Positions 19,877 through 27,850 of a DNA stretch of 64,000 bases are shown in pieces; the stretch's first letter is position 1; every line of letters starts with the position of its first letter. A model generated the notes under the pieces. It had not been told where the DNA came from. It did not search any database and worked only from the letters and a program-made list of their open reading frames with translations. The position numbers and the translations under genes are program-made. Source of the stretch: Halorutilales archaeon Cl-col2-1 (lineage in GTDB: Archaea; Halobacteriota; Halobacteria; Halobacteriales; Afararchaeaceae); assembly GCA_041891055.1 (NCBI GenBank), contig CP169074.1, forward strand, positions 768,001 through 832,000. Reading direction: 5' to 3'.

Positions 19877-20314
19877 ATGGGAACCGATGACCTGAGATGT
19901 CTCTCAGTCGACGGTGTCGTGGTATTCGACGGCGACCGTGTGGCTCTCATGAAGAGGAACCATCCGCCGCACGAGGGCGACTGGGTTCTCCCCGGCGGCA
20001 TGGTCGAGAGAGACGAGACGGCACGGGAGGCTTGTGAGAGGGAGGTCGAGGAGGAGATAGATATCGAGGTCGAGTCTGAGAAGTTCGTGGGACTCTACGA
20101 CGACCCCGAAAGAGACGAGAGAGGGAACGTCTCTGCGGCGTACGTCTGCCGTCCACTCGACAGGGACGCAGAGCCTAGACCCAAGGAGGAAGCGACAGAG
20201 GTCAAGACGGTCGAAGTAGAAGAGGCTTCGAGTCTCTCTCTCGGATTCGACCACGCCGAGATACTCTCGGACGCCTCTGAGATTGTCTCGGAGACGGAGA
20301 CAGACCCGAGATAG
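19877..20314 (+). CDS. NUDIX hydrolase
   Basis: LPGGMVERDETAREACEREVEEE; RD.RG; L.FDH. Confidence 0.9.
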   Translation: MGTDDLRCLSVDGVVVFDGDRVALMKRNHPPHEGDWVLPGGMVERDETAREACEREVEEEIDIEVESEKFVGLYDDPERDERGNVSAAYVCRPLDRDAEPRPKEEATEVKTVEVEEASSLSLGFDHAEILSDASEIVSETETDPR

Positions 20315-20361
20315 TTAGGGATATATGTCCAACCCCGATAGGGACATACGAGAAAAACAAA

Positions 20362-21936
20362 ATGGACGCTGGCTGGGAGACCTTCTTCGAGAGCGTGCCC
20401 GACGCTATGGTGCTCATAGATGAGGACGGTGTAATACGTGAGATCAACTCGTCAGCCGAGGAGATGTTCGGGTACGGGACGGACGAGTTAGTGGGGGAGA
20501 AAGTGGAGAGGCTGGTTCCCGAGTCGCAGAGGGAGGAACACGTCGGTCTGAGAGACGAGTACATAGAAGAGCCACAGACACGTCCCATGGGTACGGGTCT
20601 GAGTATCTTCGGTGTCACGAAACACGGAGACGAGATACCCATAGATATCGCTCTCAGCCCTGTCGAGACAGACGACGACTTCCGTGTTATGGCGGCGATA
20701 AGGGACAGGAGCCGTATCAAACGCCTGGAAGACGAGGTGAGGAAGAACGAGAGAAGTCTCAGGTCTCTACACGCGTACGCCTCCGACTTCGACCTCAGCC
20801 TCGACGACAAGATACACGAGGTTCTACGTATAGGTTCGGAGAGACTCGGCATGTCTGAGGCGTATCTCACGTCCGTCGAGATCGAAGGAAGAACAGTCGG
20901 AAAGTCGTCCTCCGACGGCGACCACGACGCGCTACTGTGTGAGGGACTCCGCGACGGCGTCGAGGTCGTAGCACACGAAGGTGACAGCGATGAAATATAC
21001 GAGGGACGTCGTCTTCCGCTCTCAGGAACATACTGTAAGAGGCTACTGGAGACAGACGACGACTTCCTCGGTGTGGAAGATATTCCCGAGGAGTGGGGCG
21101 AGGACAGCATGGCTTACTCAAAGCTGGGTCTCAGGAGTTACATAGGCACGGAGGTCAAGGTCAGAGACCGTCTCTACGGGACTCTGTGTTTCGGAGACCC
21201 GGAACCGGGAGACGAGATAAACGACTCCGAGAGATCCTTCGTGCGTCTGCTTTCGAGATGGCTTGGCTACGAGATAGAGAGGAACGAGCGCGAGAAACAG
21301 ATCAAGATATTCGACAGGGTTCTGAGACACAATCTCCGGAACAAGATGAACGTCATACTTGGATACGCCGATGTCATCGAACAGAAAGCCCCGGAGGAAG
21401 TCGAGGACGAGGTTCACGAGATTATCAGAACCGGTGAGAGTATTCTATCGACGAGCGAGAAGGCAAGGGAGCTAAGTGAGACCATACTCGGGGAAGAGTC
21501 AGCGACCCAGACCGTAGATGTCTCCGGAACAGTCGAGAGTGCGGTCGAGGAAACTGACGAGAGGTACGACGCCGAGATAAAGACCGAGATACAGCCCGAC
21601 GTGACCGCAGTCGCCGATCCCGACATAGACAAGGCTGTCTCGGAGGTGATACAGAACGCCGTGGTGCACAACGACGGTGATCCCGAGGTCGAAGTCAGAG
21701 TCGATACCTACGGTGAGACAGCCGAAATAGAGATCTCGGACAACGGCGAGGGAATACCCGACGACGAGGTTGAGGTTCTAACGGGTGAGAGGGAGATACA
21801 GTCGCTCTACCACGGAAGCGGTCTCGGGCTCTGGCTCGTCCACTGGATAGTCAGGAAGTCACGCGGTGAGATAGAGTTCAACACAGACGACGGAACCACG
21901 ATACGTATGAGGCTAGAGGCGAAGTCGGAGACCTAG
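20362..21936 (+). CDS. PAS-GAF sensor histidine kinase
   Basis: FixL-like PAS (EMFGY...EEH...RPMG); GAF (YC...SYIG...GTLCF); RHNLRNKM; HGSGLGL. Confidence 0.9.
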   Translation: MDAGWETFFESVPDAMVLIDEDGVIREINSSAEEMFGYGTDELVGEKVERLVPESQREEHVGLRDEYIEEPQTRPMGTGLSIFGVTKHGDEIPIDIALSPVETDDDFRVMAAIRDRSRIKRLEDEVRKNERSLRSLHAYASDFDLSLDDKIHEVLRIGSERLGMSEAYLTSVEIEGRTVGKSSSDGDHDALLCEGLRDGVEVVAHEGDSDEIYEGRRLPLSGTYCKRLLETDDDFLGVEDIPEEWGEDSMAYSKLGLRSYIGTEVKVRDRLYGTLCFGDPEPGDEINDSERSFVRLLSRWLGYEIERNEREKQIKIFDRVLRHNLRNKMNVILGYADVIEQKAPEEVEDEVHEIIRTGESILSTSEKARELSETILGEESATQTVDVSGTVESAVEETDERYDAEIKTEIQPDVTAVADPDIDKAVSEVIQNAVVHNDGDPEVEVRVDTYGETAEIEISDNGEGIPDDEVEVLTGEREIQSLYHGSGLGLWLVHWIVRKSRGEIEFNTDDGTTIRMRLEAKSET

Positions 21937-23543
21937 AGATACCTGCCGCGCTCCTCTATCTCGTCGACCTGTCGGTGTACCTTGTCGGAGTCGTCCCACG
22001 TATTCGAGTACCCCGACCAGAAGGCGTCCATGATTTCGTCTGAGTCTGAGACGGTGCCTTCGAGAGTACGTCTCAGGACGTGGACGTCCATGCCGAAGTC
22101 CTCGGTGTCGCGTGTCGCGTACGACAGTCCAAAGTCTATGAGATAGATACGTCCGTCGGAGGACCTCACCATGTTACGTGTCGTGGGATCGCCGTGTGCG
22201 ATTCCCGACGAGTGGAGACACGCGAGATGACGCCCTATTTCCTCGGCGTCTTCGGGGTCTATCTCGGAGTCAGAGAGGTCAGATGCGTCGGTTCCTATCC
22301 GCTCGGAACGGAGTTCGAAGCCGTGACTGTCGACATCTAAGACCGCGGGTGTCGGAACCCCCGCCTTCCGTGCCTCCGAGGTGAGACGTGCCTCCGAGAC
22401 AGTCCTCTTTCTCCTTAGTTCGGCGTCGAGACTCGGGCTTCTGTAGGACTTCGGGAGTCTCGTCTTGGTGACCTCAGACTCGTCGAACTTGACGACCGCC
22501 TCGGCACCGTGTATCATGCTGTCATCTCGTCTGGCCTCCTTGACTCCGTCCCTCCAGACGACATCGACCTCGTCGGGTCTCCAGTCGGGCTTGACGTGGC
22601 TATCCTTTACATCGACCGTCTCGCCCGCTTGGTACATCATATATCCGAGTACTGCGATCATACCCGCGTTGTCGGAGAGATACTCGGGTTCGGGCGACTG
22701 GAACTCCGCGCCTCTCTCGTCACACATCTCTTCGAGCATCTCCCTGAGACGTGAGTTACGCGAGACGCCTCCTCCGACCACAAGCGTATCCTTCCCCGTG
22801 AGAGCGAGAGCGCGTTCACAGACCTCTGTGAGCATGCCGAAGACGTTCTCCTGTACCGAGTAGGCGAGCCTCTCGACTTCGACTCCGTCGTCGTACTTCT
22901 TCTGTGCAGCATTTATTATCCCCGAGAAAGAGAAGTCCATTCCCTTGACTGTGTAGGGGAGCTCAACGTACTCCGAGTCGTCAACCGACGACGCGAGTTC
23001 CTCTATCTTGGGTCCTCCGGGATGGGAGAGACCGACGTGGCGACCGAACTTGTCGAGCGAGTTGCCGACGCCGGTGTCCATAGTCTCTCCGAGTATACGG
23101 TAACGTCCGTTTCTGTAGGTCGTCACCATAGTGTTCGCGCCCGCGGCGTCGAGTGCCACGGGGTCTTCGAAGCCCGACGAGAACCTTCCCATCTCTATAT
23201 GTGCGACTGTGTGGTTGACTCCTACGAGAGGAACGTCAAGTCTGAGCGAGAGTGCGCGTGCGGCGGTCGCCGTGACTCTGAGGCAGGGTCCCAAGCCTGG
23301 ACCACGTGAGAAGGCGACGGCGTCTATACTGTCCTCGGAGACGTCTTCGAGTGCCTCGTCTATCACGCCGGGGATAGCCGACGAGATGTGTTCGCTCGCC
23401 TCTCTCGGATGTATGCCTCCCTCATCGGGGACATACGGGTCGGTCACGAGGCTGAGTACGTCTCCGTCCCCGTCCCCAGCCTCGGAGTCGAAGACCGCCG
23501 CACTCGCGTTCCACGCCGTACCCTCTATGCCTACGATCCTCAT
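21933..23543 (-). CDS. kae1: Bifunctional Kae1 (t6A synthase) / Bud32 kinase
   Basis: GIEGTAW, GGIHPREA, GPGLGPCL, HxxAH, DNAGMIA; C-terminal kinase HGDPTTRN, IDFGL, RGRY. Confidence 0.95.
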   Translation of the reverse strand: MRIVGIEGTAWNASAAVFDSEAGDGDGDVLSLVTDPYVPDEGGIHPREASEHISSAIPGVIDEALEDVSEDSIDAVAFSRGPGLGPCLRVTATAARALSLRLDVPLVGVNHTVAHIEMGRFSSGFEDPVALDAAGANTMVTTYRNGRYRILGETMDTGVGNSLDKFGRHVGLSHPGGPKIEELASSVDDSEYVELPYTVKGMDFSFSGIINAAQKKYDDGVEVERLAYSVQENVFGMLTEVCERALALTGKDTLVVGGGVSRNSRLREMLEEMCDERGAEFQSPEPEYLSDNAGMIAVLGYMMYQAGETVDVKDSHVKPDWRPDEVDVVWRDGVKEARRDDSMIHGAEAVVKFDESEVTKTRLPKSYRSPSLDAELRRKRTVSEARLTSEARKAGVPTPAVLDVDSHGFELRSERIGTDASDLSDSEIDPEDAEEIGRHLACLHSSGIAHGDPTTRNMVRSSDGRIYLIDFGLSYATRDTEDFGMDVHVLRRTLEGTVSDSDEIMDAFWSGYSNTWDDSDKVHRQVDEIEERGRYL

Positions 23544-23570
23544 TAATTAGAATAGAAGTACAGAGACTGT

Positions 23571-23717
23571 CTACTCGAACTCGGTGTATCCGCATCTGCC
23601 ACAGTGTTTCCTGTCGCCGTGGTCGGCAAGGAAGGTGTCGCCGCATCTCGGGCAGTTCTCCTTCGTCTCCTCGACGCCGTCGTCTGTGACGTCGTAGTAG
23701 TCGTGTCTCTGTGTCAT
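23571..23717 (-). CDS. rps27ae: 30S ribosomal protein S27ae
   Basis: Translated by hand (below the ORF-track cutoff): [48 protein letters not shown]. Zinc ribbon in the conserved position after rps24e. Confidence 0.95.
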   Translation of the reverse strand: MTQRHDYYDVTDDGVEETKENCPRCGDTFLADHGDRKHCGRCGYTEFE

Positions 23718-23718
23718 A

Positions 23719-24027
23719 CTACGCTTCCGCCTCCTCCTCGCCTTCCTCGGCTCCTATCTTGTTACGTTCGAGCATGTACTCCTCCTCGACCTCGCGCGCC
23801 GCCTCGGCGGAGTCATAGACCTTGGCGTAGCCGACAGTCTCGTTGATGCCTCTCTTCGTCTTCATGCTGTGGACGACGACCTCATCACTCGACTTTCCGA
23901 GCTTCGCCGTGAGAGAGTCACGTACTGCGAGCCTCGAAGGCGTCTCCTCGTCGTGTACTATGCTGAACTCTATCTCCTTCCTGTCAAGGAGACTGTTTTC
24001 CTCCTCGTCGGTGATATCTATCTGCAT
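23719..24027 (-). CDS. rps24e: 30S ribosomal protein S24e
   Basis: ENSLLDRKE...TPSR...GYAKVY...YMLERN. Confidence 0.95.
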   Translation of the reverse strand: MQIDITDEEENSLLDRKEIEFSIVHDEETPSRLAVRDSLTAKLGKSSDEVVVHSMKTKRGINETVGYAKVYDSAEAAREVEEEYMLERNKIGAEEGEEEAEA

Positions 24028-24109
24028 ATTTAGTTAAAAGTGAGTACGTCGCTTAAGAATTACGAAGGACGCAGGGAATGAGAGATTCCCATTGGAGAAG
24101 CCATATCAA

Positions 24110-24388
24110 TCAGTCAGCGGTATACGCCCCGCCGCGGCGCTTAATCCGAGCGACGACTAAGCGGGATTCGTCCTGCTGAAAAGACACAGACAGCCGGTAC
24201 TGACCGACTCGTATCTTCTTGTGAGGGCTATTCTGGAGAGGCTCGCCGTAGTCCGGAGGATCACGCCACGGTGAGTCTACTATCTCGTCGAGTTTGTCGA
24301 GGATCTGGTCTTGGTCTTTAGCTTCGAGATCCCCGAGGTCGTCTTGGGCTTTCTTAGAGAGCTCCCACGTCCAACCGCTGTCACTCAT
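24110..24388 (-). CDS. RelE/ParE family toxin
   Basis: WELSKKAQDDL...KIRVGQYRL...RRGGAY; basic residues; start overlaps the antitoxin stop. Confidence 0.85.
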   Translation of the reverse strand: MSDSGWTWELSKKAQDDLGDLEAKDQDQILDKLDEIVDSPWRDPPDYGEPLQNSPHKKIRVGQYRLSVSFQQDESRLVVARIKRRGGAYTAD

Positions 24389-24671
24389 CCTCGTCTTGTG
24401 AGTCTGTGTCTGTACCGAAGTTCTGACGTGCTTCATCGGATCCCATAGTCTCTCCCTCACGTACGTCTTCCTCGGCTTGTAGAAGGGCTATAAGCTCGTC
24501 CCTGTCGAAAGTCGGATTTTCGACTGCATCTCTAAGTGTGTACCGTATGAACTCACTACGGCTGTTGAAGCCCCGTCCCTGCCATGCTTCGTCTACCTCG
24601 TCGAGAAACGACTGAGTAGTCTTGAAGTTGACAGTGACTATCTCATCATCTTCCGTAGTTGCTTTAGACAT
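24381..24671 (-). CDS. Ribbon-helix-helix (CopG-like) antitoxin
   Basis: VTVNFK...LDEVD....GFNSRSEFIRY.LRDAV; acidic tail; directly upstream of the RelE gene. Confidence 0.85.
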   Translation of the reverse strand: MSKATTEDDEIVTVNFKTTQSFLDEVDEAWQGRGFNSRSEFIRYTLRDAVENPTFDRDELIALLQAEEDVREGETMGSDEARQNFGTDTDSQDEDE

Positions 24672-24704
24672 ATTATAGTAATACGTGCGTCTTACTGATA
24701 GTAA
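24671..24704. promoter_or_regulatory. Putative TA autoregulatory operator (two palindromes) over the antitoxin promoter
   Basis: TATTA-tag-TAATA (24671-24683) and TTACT-gat-AGTAA (24692-24704), both containing ATAGTAA. Confidence 0.5.
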
Positions 24705-24781
24705 AACCTGTTCCCTGTCCTAGAAATCTCGGCTACTACTGATTAAGTCAGCCGCCTGCGGAGAAGGACAATGACAAGACC

Positions 24782-25333
24782 TCAGGCGAGTTCGAGGAGT
24801 GACTCCATCTCGTCTGTGTCCTCGATATCCATACGTCTCATGAGAGAGACAGCCTCGTCTTTCTTCTCCTCGGTGACATCGACGAATACCATGCCCTCTC
24901 CGGGCTGTCCGTAGACTACGGTGTCTCCGATGTCTGCCTTGGCTATCACCGGGAGCGTGGCGAGATCCTCCTCGCCGTCGACGTCGACACGGATAGCGCC
25001 GTCGGATTCGAGTCCCTCACACAGACCGTTTAGGAGATCGCGCGTGACGGTTCCCGCGGGGTTCTCGACTTCTAACGAGTTGGGGATTTCGAGCCACTTC
25101 TCGACGATCTCTTCGTCGACCTCGTGTCTCTCGGTCATTCCGTCGACTACAGAGACGTCGGGGAGTATCCCCTCGACTAAGAAGTGGTAGGTGACTATGT
25201 CGCCGACAGTTATGAACCTCGGGTCTCGGTCTCCGTCTCTACCCTCGACAGCCTCGTCTATCCCCGTGTAGACAGGACCGAGGGGCTCTTTTAGCTCAGA
25301 TCTCAGATCCTTCGGAAGCTCTATGAGTGGCAT
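24782..25333 (-). CDS. GTP-dependent dephospho-CoA kinase (DUF359)
   Basis: LK.PLG, TVGDIVT, VDG.T.R, NPAG, VDGEEDLA and YGQP.EG; conserved position after spt4. Confidence 0.9.
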   Translation of the reverse strand: MPLIELPKDLRSELKEPLGPVYTGIDEAVEGRDGDRDPRFITVGDIVTYHFLVEGILPDVSVVDGMTERHEVDEEIVEKWLEIPNSLEVENPAGTVTRDLLNGLCEGLESDGAIRVDVDGEEDLATLPVIAKADIGDTVVYGQPGEGMVFVDVTEEKKDEAVSLMRRMDIEDTDEMESLLELA

Positions 25334-25334
25334 C

Positions 25335-25523
25335 TTAACGAACCTTAAGGGCGAACTTCCCCTTCATGTCTACGTCCATCTTGTCGGCTATCTCGCTCTT
25401 CTCGGGGTCTGTGATTACGACGTATCCCGACCAGTCCTCGCTCAGGTTGGTCGACATACAGACGGGGCACTCGTCTCCCTCTACGACCCTGTGACACTCA
25501 CGGCAGACCATTACTTCCGACAT
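25335..25523 (-). CDS. spt4: Transcription elongation factor Spt4 (RpoE2)
   Basis: CRECH...CPVC...SEDWSG...DPEKSEIA...G.FALKVR. Confidence 0.95.
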   Translation of the reverse strand: MSEVMVCRECHRVVEGDECPVCMSTNLSEDWSGYVVITDPEKSEIADKMDVDMKGKFALKVR

Positions 25524-26107
25524 TACTGATCAGGAGTCTGTGTCTCGGCATCTGTCTCGGAGGCGTCCCTCTCTGCGTGGAGCCATCCGTGTTTTCCGAG
25601 AGCGACCTGTCGCGCTGTGAGTCCTATCTTCGACTCACGCGGGTTTCTCTCGTCTATCGATACTGCGACTATACGTACACGTATAGGGTCGTCGACTCCG
25701 AGCGCCTGGTTCGACTCGTTCGAGACGAGCCTCTGGTTCGACTCGTCGTACGAGTAGTAGTCCTCGCTTATCTGAGAGACGTGGAGGAGACCGTCTATGG
25801 GCCCTATGCCGACGAAGGCACCGAAGCTGACGACTTCTGTGACCTTTCCGTCGACGACCTCCTGCATCGTGGGATCGAAAACGAGAGCATCGAATGTCGC
25901 CTCGTAGAAGACCCCGGCTTCGTTGTAGAGTATATGCCCCTCTCCGACGTCCTCGACTTCCGTGACTGCAACTATCGAACCAAGATCCTCGTCCATCCTT
26001 CCTTCGAGCTTGTCCTGAAGAAGCTCAAGTATGAGCTCCGTGTCTACGTCTCCGAGCCTCTCAGGAGGCACTCTTACCGTGTCAACGAGTCTGACGCGTT
26101 TGTACAT
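25523..26107 (-). CDS. rpoE1: DNA-directed RNA polymerase subunit E' (Rpo7)
   Basis: S1 domain FGAFVGIGPIDGLLHVSQI; KIGLT.RQ..LGK. Confidence 0.95.
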   Translation of the reverse strand: MYKRVRLVDTVRVPPERLGDVDTELILELLQDKLEGRMDEDLGSIVAVTEVEDVGEGHILYNEAGVFYEATFDALVFDPTMQEVVDGKVTEVVSFGAFVGIGPIDGLLHVSQISEDYYSYDESNQRLVSNESNQALGVDDPIRVRIVAVSIDERNPRESKIGLTARQVALGKHGWLHAERDASETDAETQTPDQ

Positions 26108-26113
26108 TGTTTC

Positions 26114-26554
26114 TTATGGATACCTTATCTGAAGATGACTCCCCTGTCTGAGACGTACCACGCGAACACCCACATCGAGGAGCCTGTCTATAAGCTCTCT
26201 GTCGTTCGTAACTACCGCCGATACCTCGTCGGAGTTCTCCGCTATCTCGACTATGACGTCATCAGTCTTACGTCCCTCGGTCTCGTGTTCTACGACCTCA
26301 CATCTCTCGTTGGCGATTTCGAGACCCATCTCGGCGTCTGTGTCTGAGGTCGCGAGACTCTTGAGTTCGTTCACGACGCCTCTCGGCACCACCGCGACGT
26401 AGCCCCCGACGAGCCTCTCGACCTCGTCGAAGACATCGACTCCGAACTGTGATGGTACCATCAATGCGTTCGTGTCAAAAATCACTTTCTGTCTCCCGGT
26501 GTCCTCATCCTTGTCTTTGTCCCGATCCTCGTCTTGGTCAGAGACGCTTCCCAT
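26114..26554 (-). CDS. PIN-domain protein (Fcf1/Utp24-like)
   Basis: DTNALM, V.NEL, TDD and VTNDREL; conserved position after aIF2-gamma. Confidence 0.9.
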   Translation of the reverse strand: MGSVSDQDEDRDKDKDEDTGRQKVIFDTNALMVPSQFGVDVFDEVERLVGGYVAVVPRGVVNELKSLATSDTDAEMGLEIANERCEVVEHETEGRKTDDVIVEIAENSDEVSAVVTNDRELIDRLLDVGVRVVRLRQGSHLQIRYP

Positions 26555-26563
26555 TCGATCACT

Positions 26564-27769
26564 TTACTTTAGGACTCCGACACCTATGAGACGCCATCTC
26601 GTCCCCATGCGTCGGTTTATCGCCATACGGCTTCCCTGCTTCGCACAGACGGGACGTTTGAGCTTGACCTCAGCCTCGTCGCCCCTCGCGCTCGTGACTG
26701 TCCCGACTGTCGTCGCCGTCCCGACCGAGATCATGAGAGGCTCTCCCGTGTTGATGGGTTCGACCTTCTTGCCCTCGTCCATTCCGACGACACGGTCGAG
26801 GAGGTCAACCTCCATCGTGAACTCGTCGACGACAGGAGGTAACTCGTCGGGGTCTCCCGCTATCTGACCCGCGAGTGAGTCACCCTTAGTGAGCGAGGGG
26901 TCGAGTCCCGTGCCGACACCTATGAGACCTCCGGGTGTTACCTTCTCGACGGGCTCCTCTCCCGCCATTAACGAACGTATCTCGGTCTGTATCGGCTGCC
27001 AGTCTCCGTCACGTTCGACACCGGGACGTACCTCTATCTCGTCTCCCTCCTCGAAGACTCCGCTCGCGAGTGAACCTCCTATGACACCACCTCTGAGACT
27101 GTCGGGCGGCGTTCCGGGTCTGTTGACGTCGAACGAACGCGCGACGAGCATATGAGGTGGGGCGTCGGGGTCACGGTCGGGAGTCGGAATCTCTTCCTGA
27201 ATCGCCTCTATGAGAAGGTCTATGTTGACGTTCTGTTCGGCGCTCACCGGGACGATAGGAGCGTCCTCCGCGACGGTTCCCTCGACGAACTCCTTTATCT
27301 CGTCGTGGCTCTCGACCGCCTCGTCACGTGAGACGAGGTCTATCTTGTTCTGTGCTATGACGATGTTTTCTATACCGATGATGTCGAGAGCCATCAGATG
27401 CTCCTTCGTCTGTGGCTGTGGACATTCATCGTTTGCGCTTATGACGAGAACGGCTCCGTCCATCAGCGATGCGCCCGCGAGCATCGTCGCCATGAGTGTC
27501 TCGTGCCCCGGGGAGTCGACAAACGAGACCTCTCTGAGAACCTCGCTCTCACTCCCATCGGGACATGTCTCCTCTACCGTGTACGACTCGGGAGGATCGA
27601 GATCAGGACAGTTGCGGAAGGTGGCATCAGCGTATCCTAGACGGATAGAGATGCCTCTCTCCATCTCCTCTGAGTGTTCGTCCGTCCATTTACCGCTCAG
27701 AGCCTGGACGAGAGTAGTCTTGCCGTGGTCGACGTGTCCGACGAGTCCTATATTTACTTCTGGTTGCAA
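26564..27769 (-). CDS. eif2g: Translation initiation factor 2 gamma subunit
   Basis: [37 protein letters not shown] and RWRLIG; TTG start. Confidence 0.97.
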   Translation of the reverse strand: MQPEVNIGLVGHVDHGKTTLVQALSGKWTDEHSEEMERGISIRLGYADATFRNCPDLDPPESYTVEETCPDGSESEVLREVSFVDSPGHETLMATMLAGASLMDGAVLVISANDECPQPQTKEHLMALDIIGIENIVIAQNKIDLVSRDEAVESHDEIKEFVEGTVAEDAPIVPVSAEQNVNIDLLIEAIQEEIPTPDRDPDAPPHMLVARSFDVNRPGTPPDSLRGGVIGGSLASGVFEEGDEIEVRPGVERDGDWQPIQTEIRSLMAGEEPVEKVTPGGLIGVGTGLDPSLTKGDSLAGQIAGDPDELPPVVDEFTMEVDLLDRVVGMDEGKKVEPINTGEPLMISVGTATTVGTVTSARGDEAEVKLKRPVCAKQGSRMAINRRMGTRWRLIGVGVLK

Positions 27770-27850
27770 CTGTTTTATCCTCCGGAAAGGAATCCGTACT
27801 TATATACTTGGAGACGGTTATTAAAGCTTCTCAAAACAGATATTAGGGTG

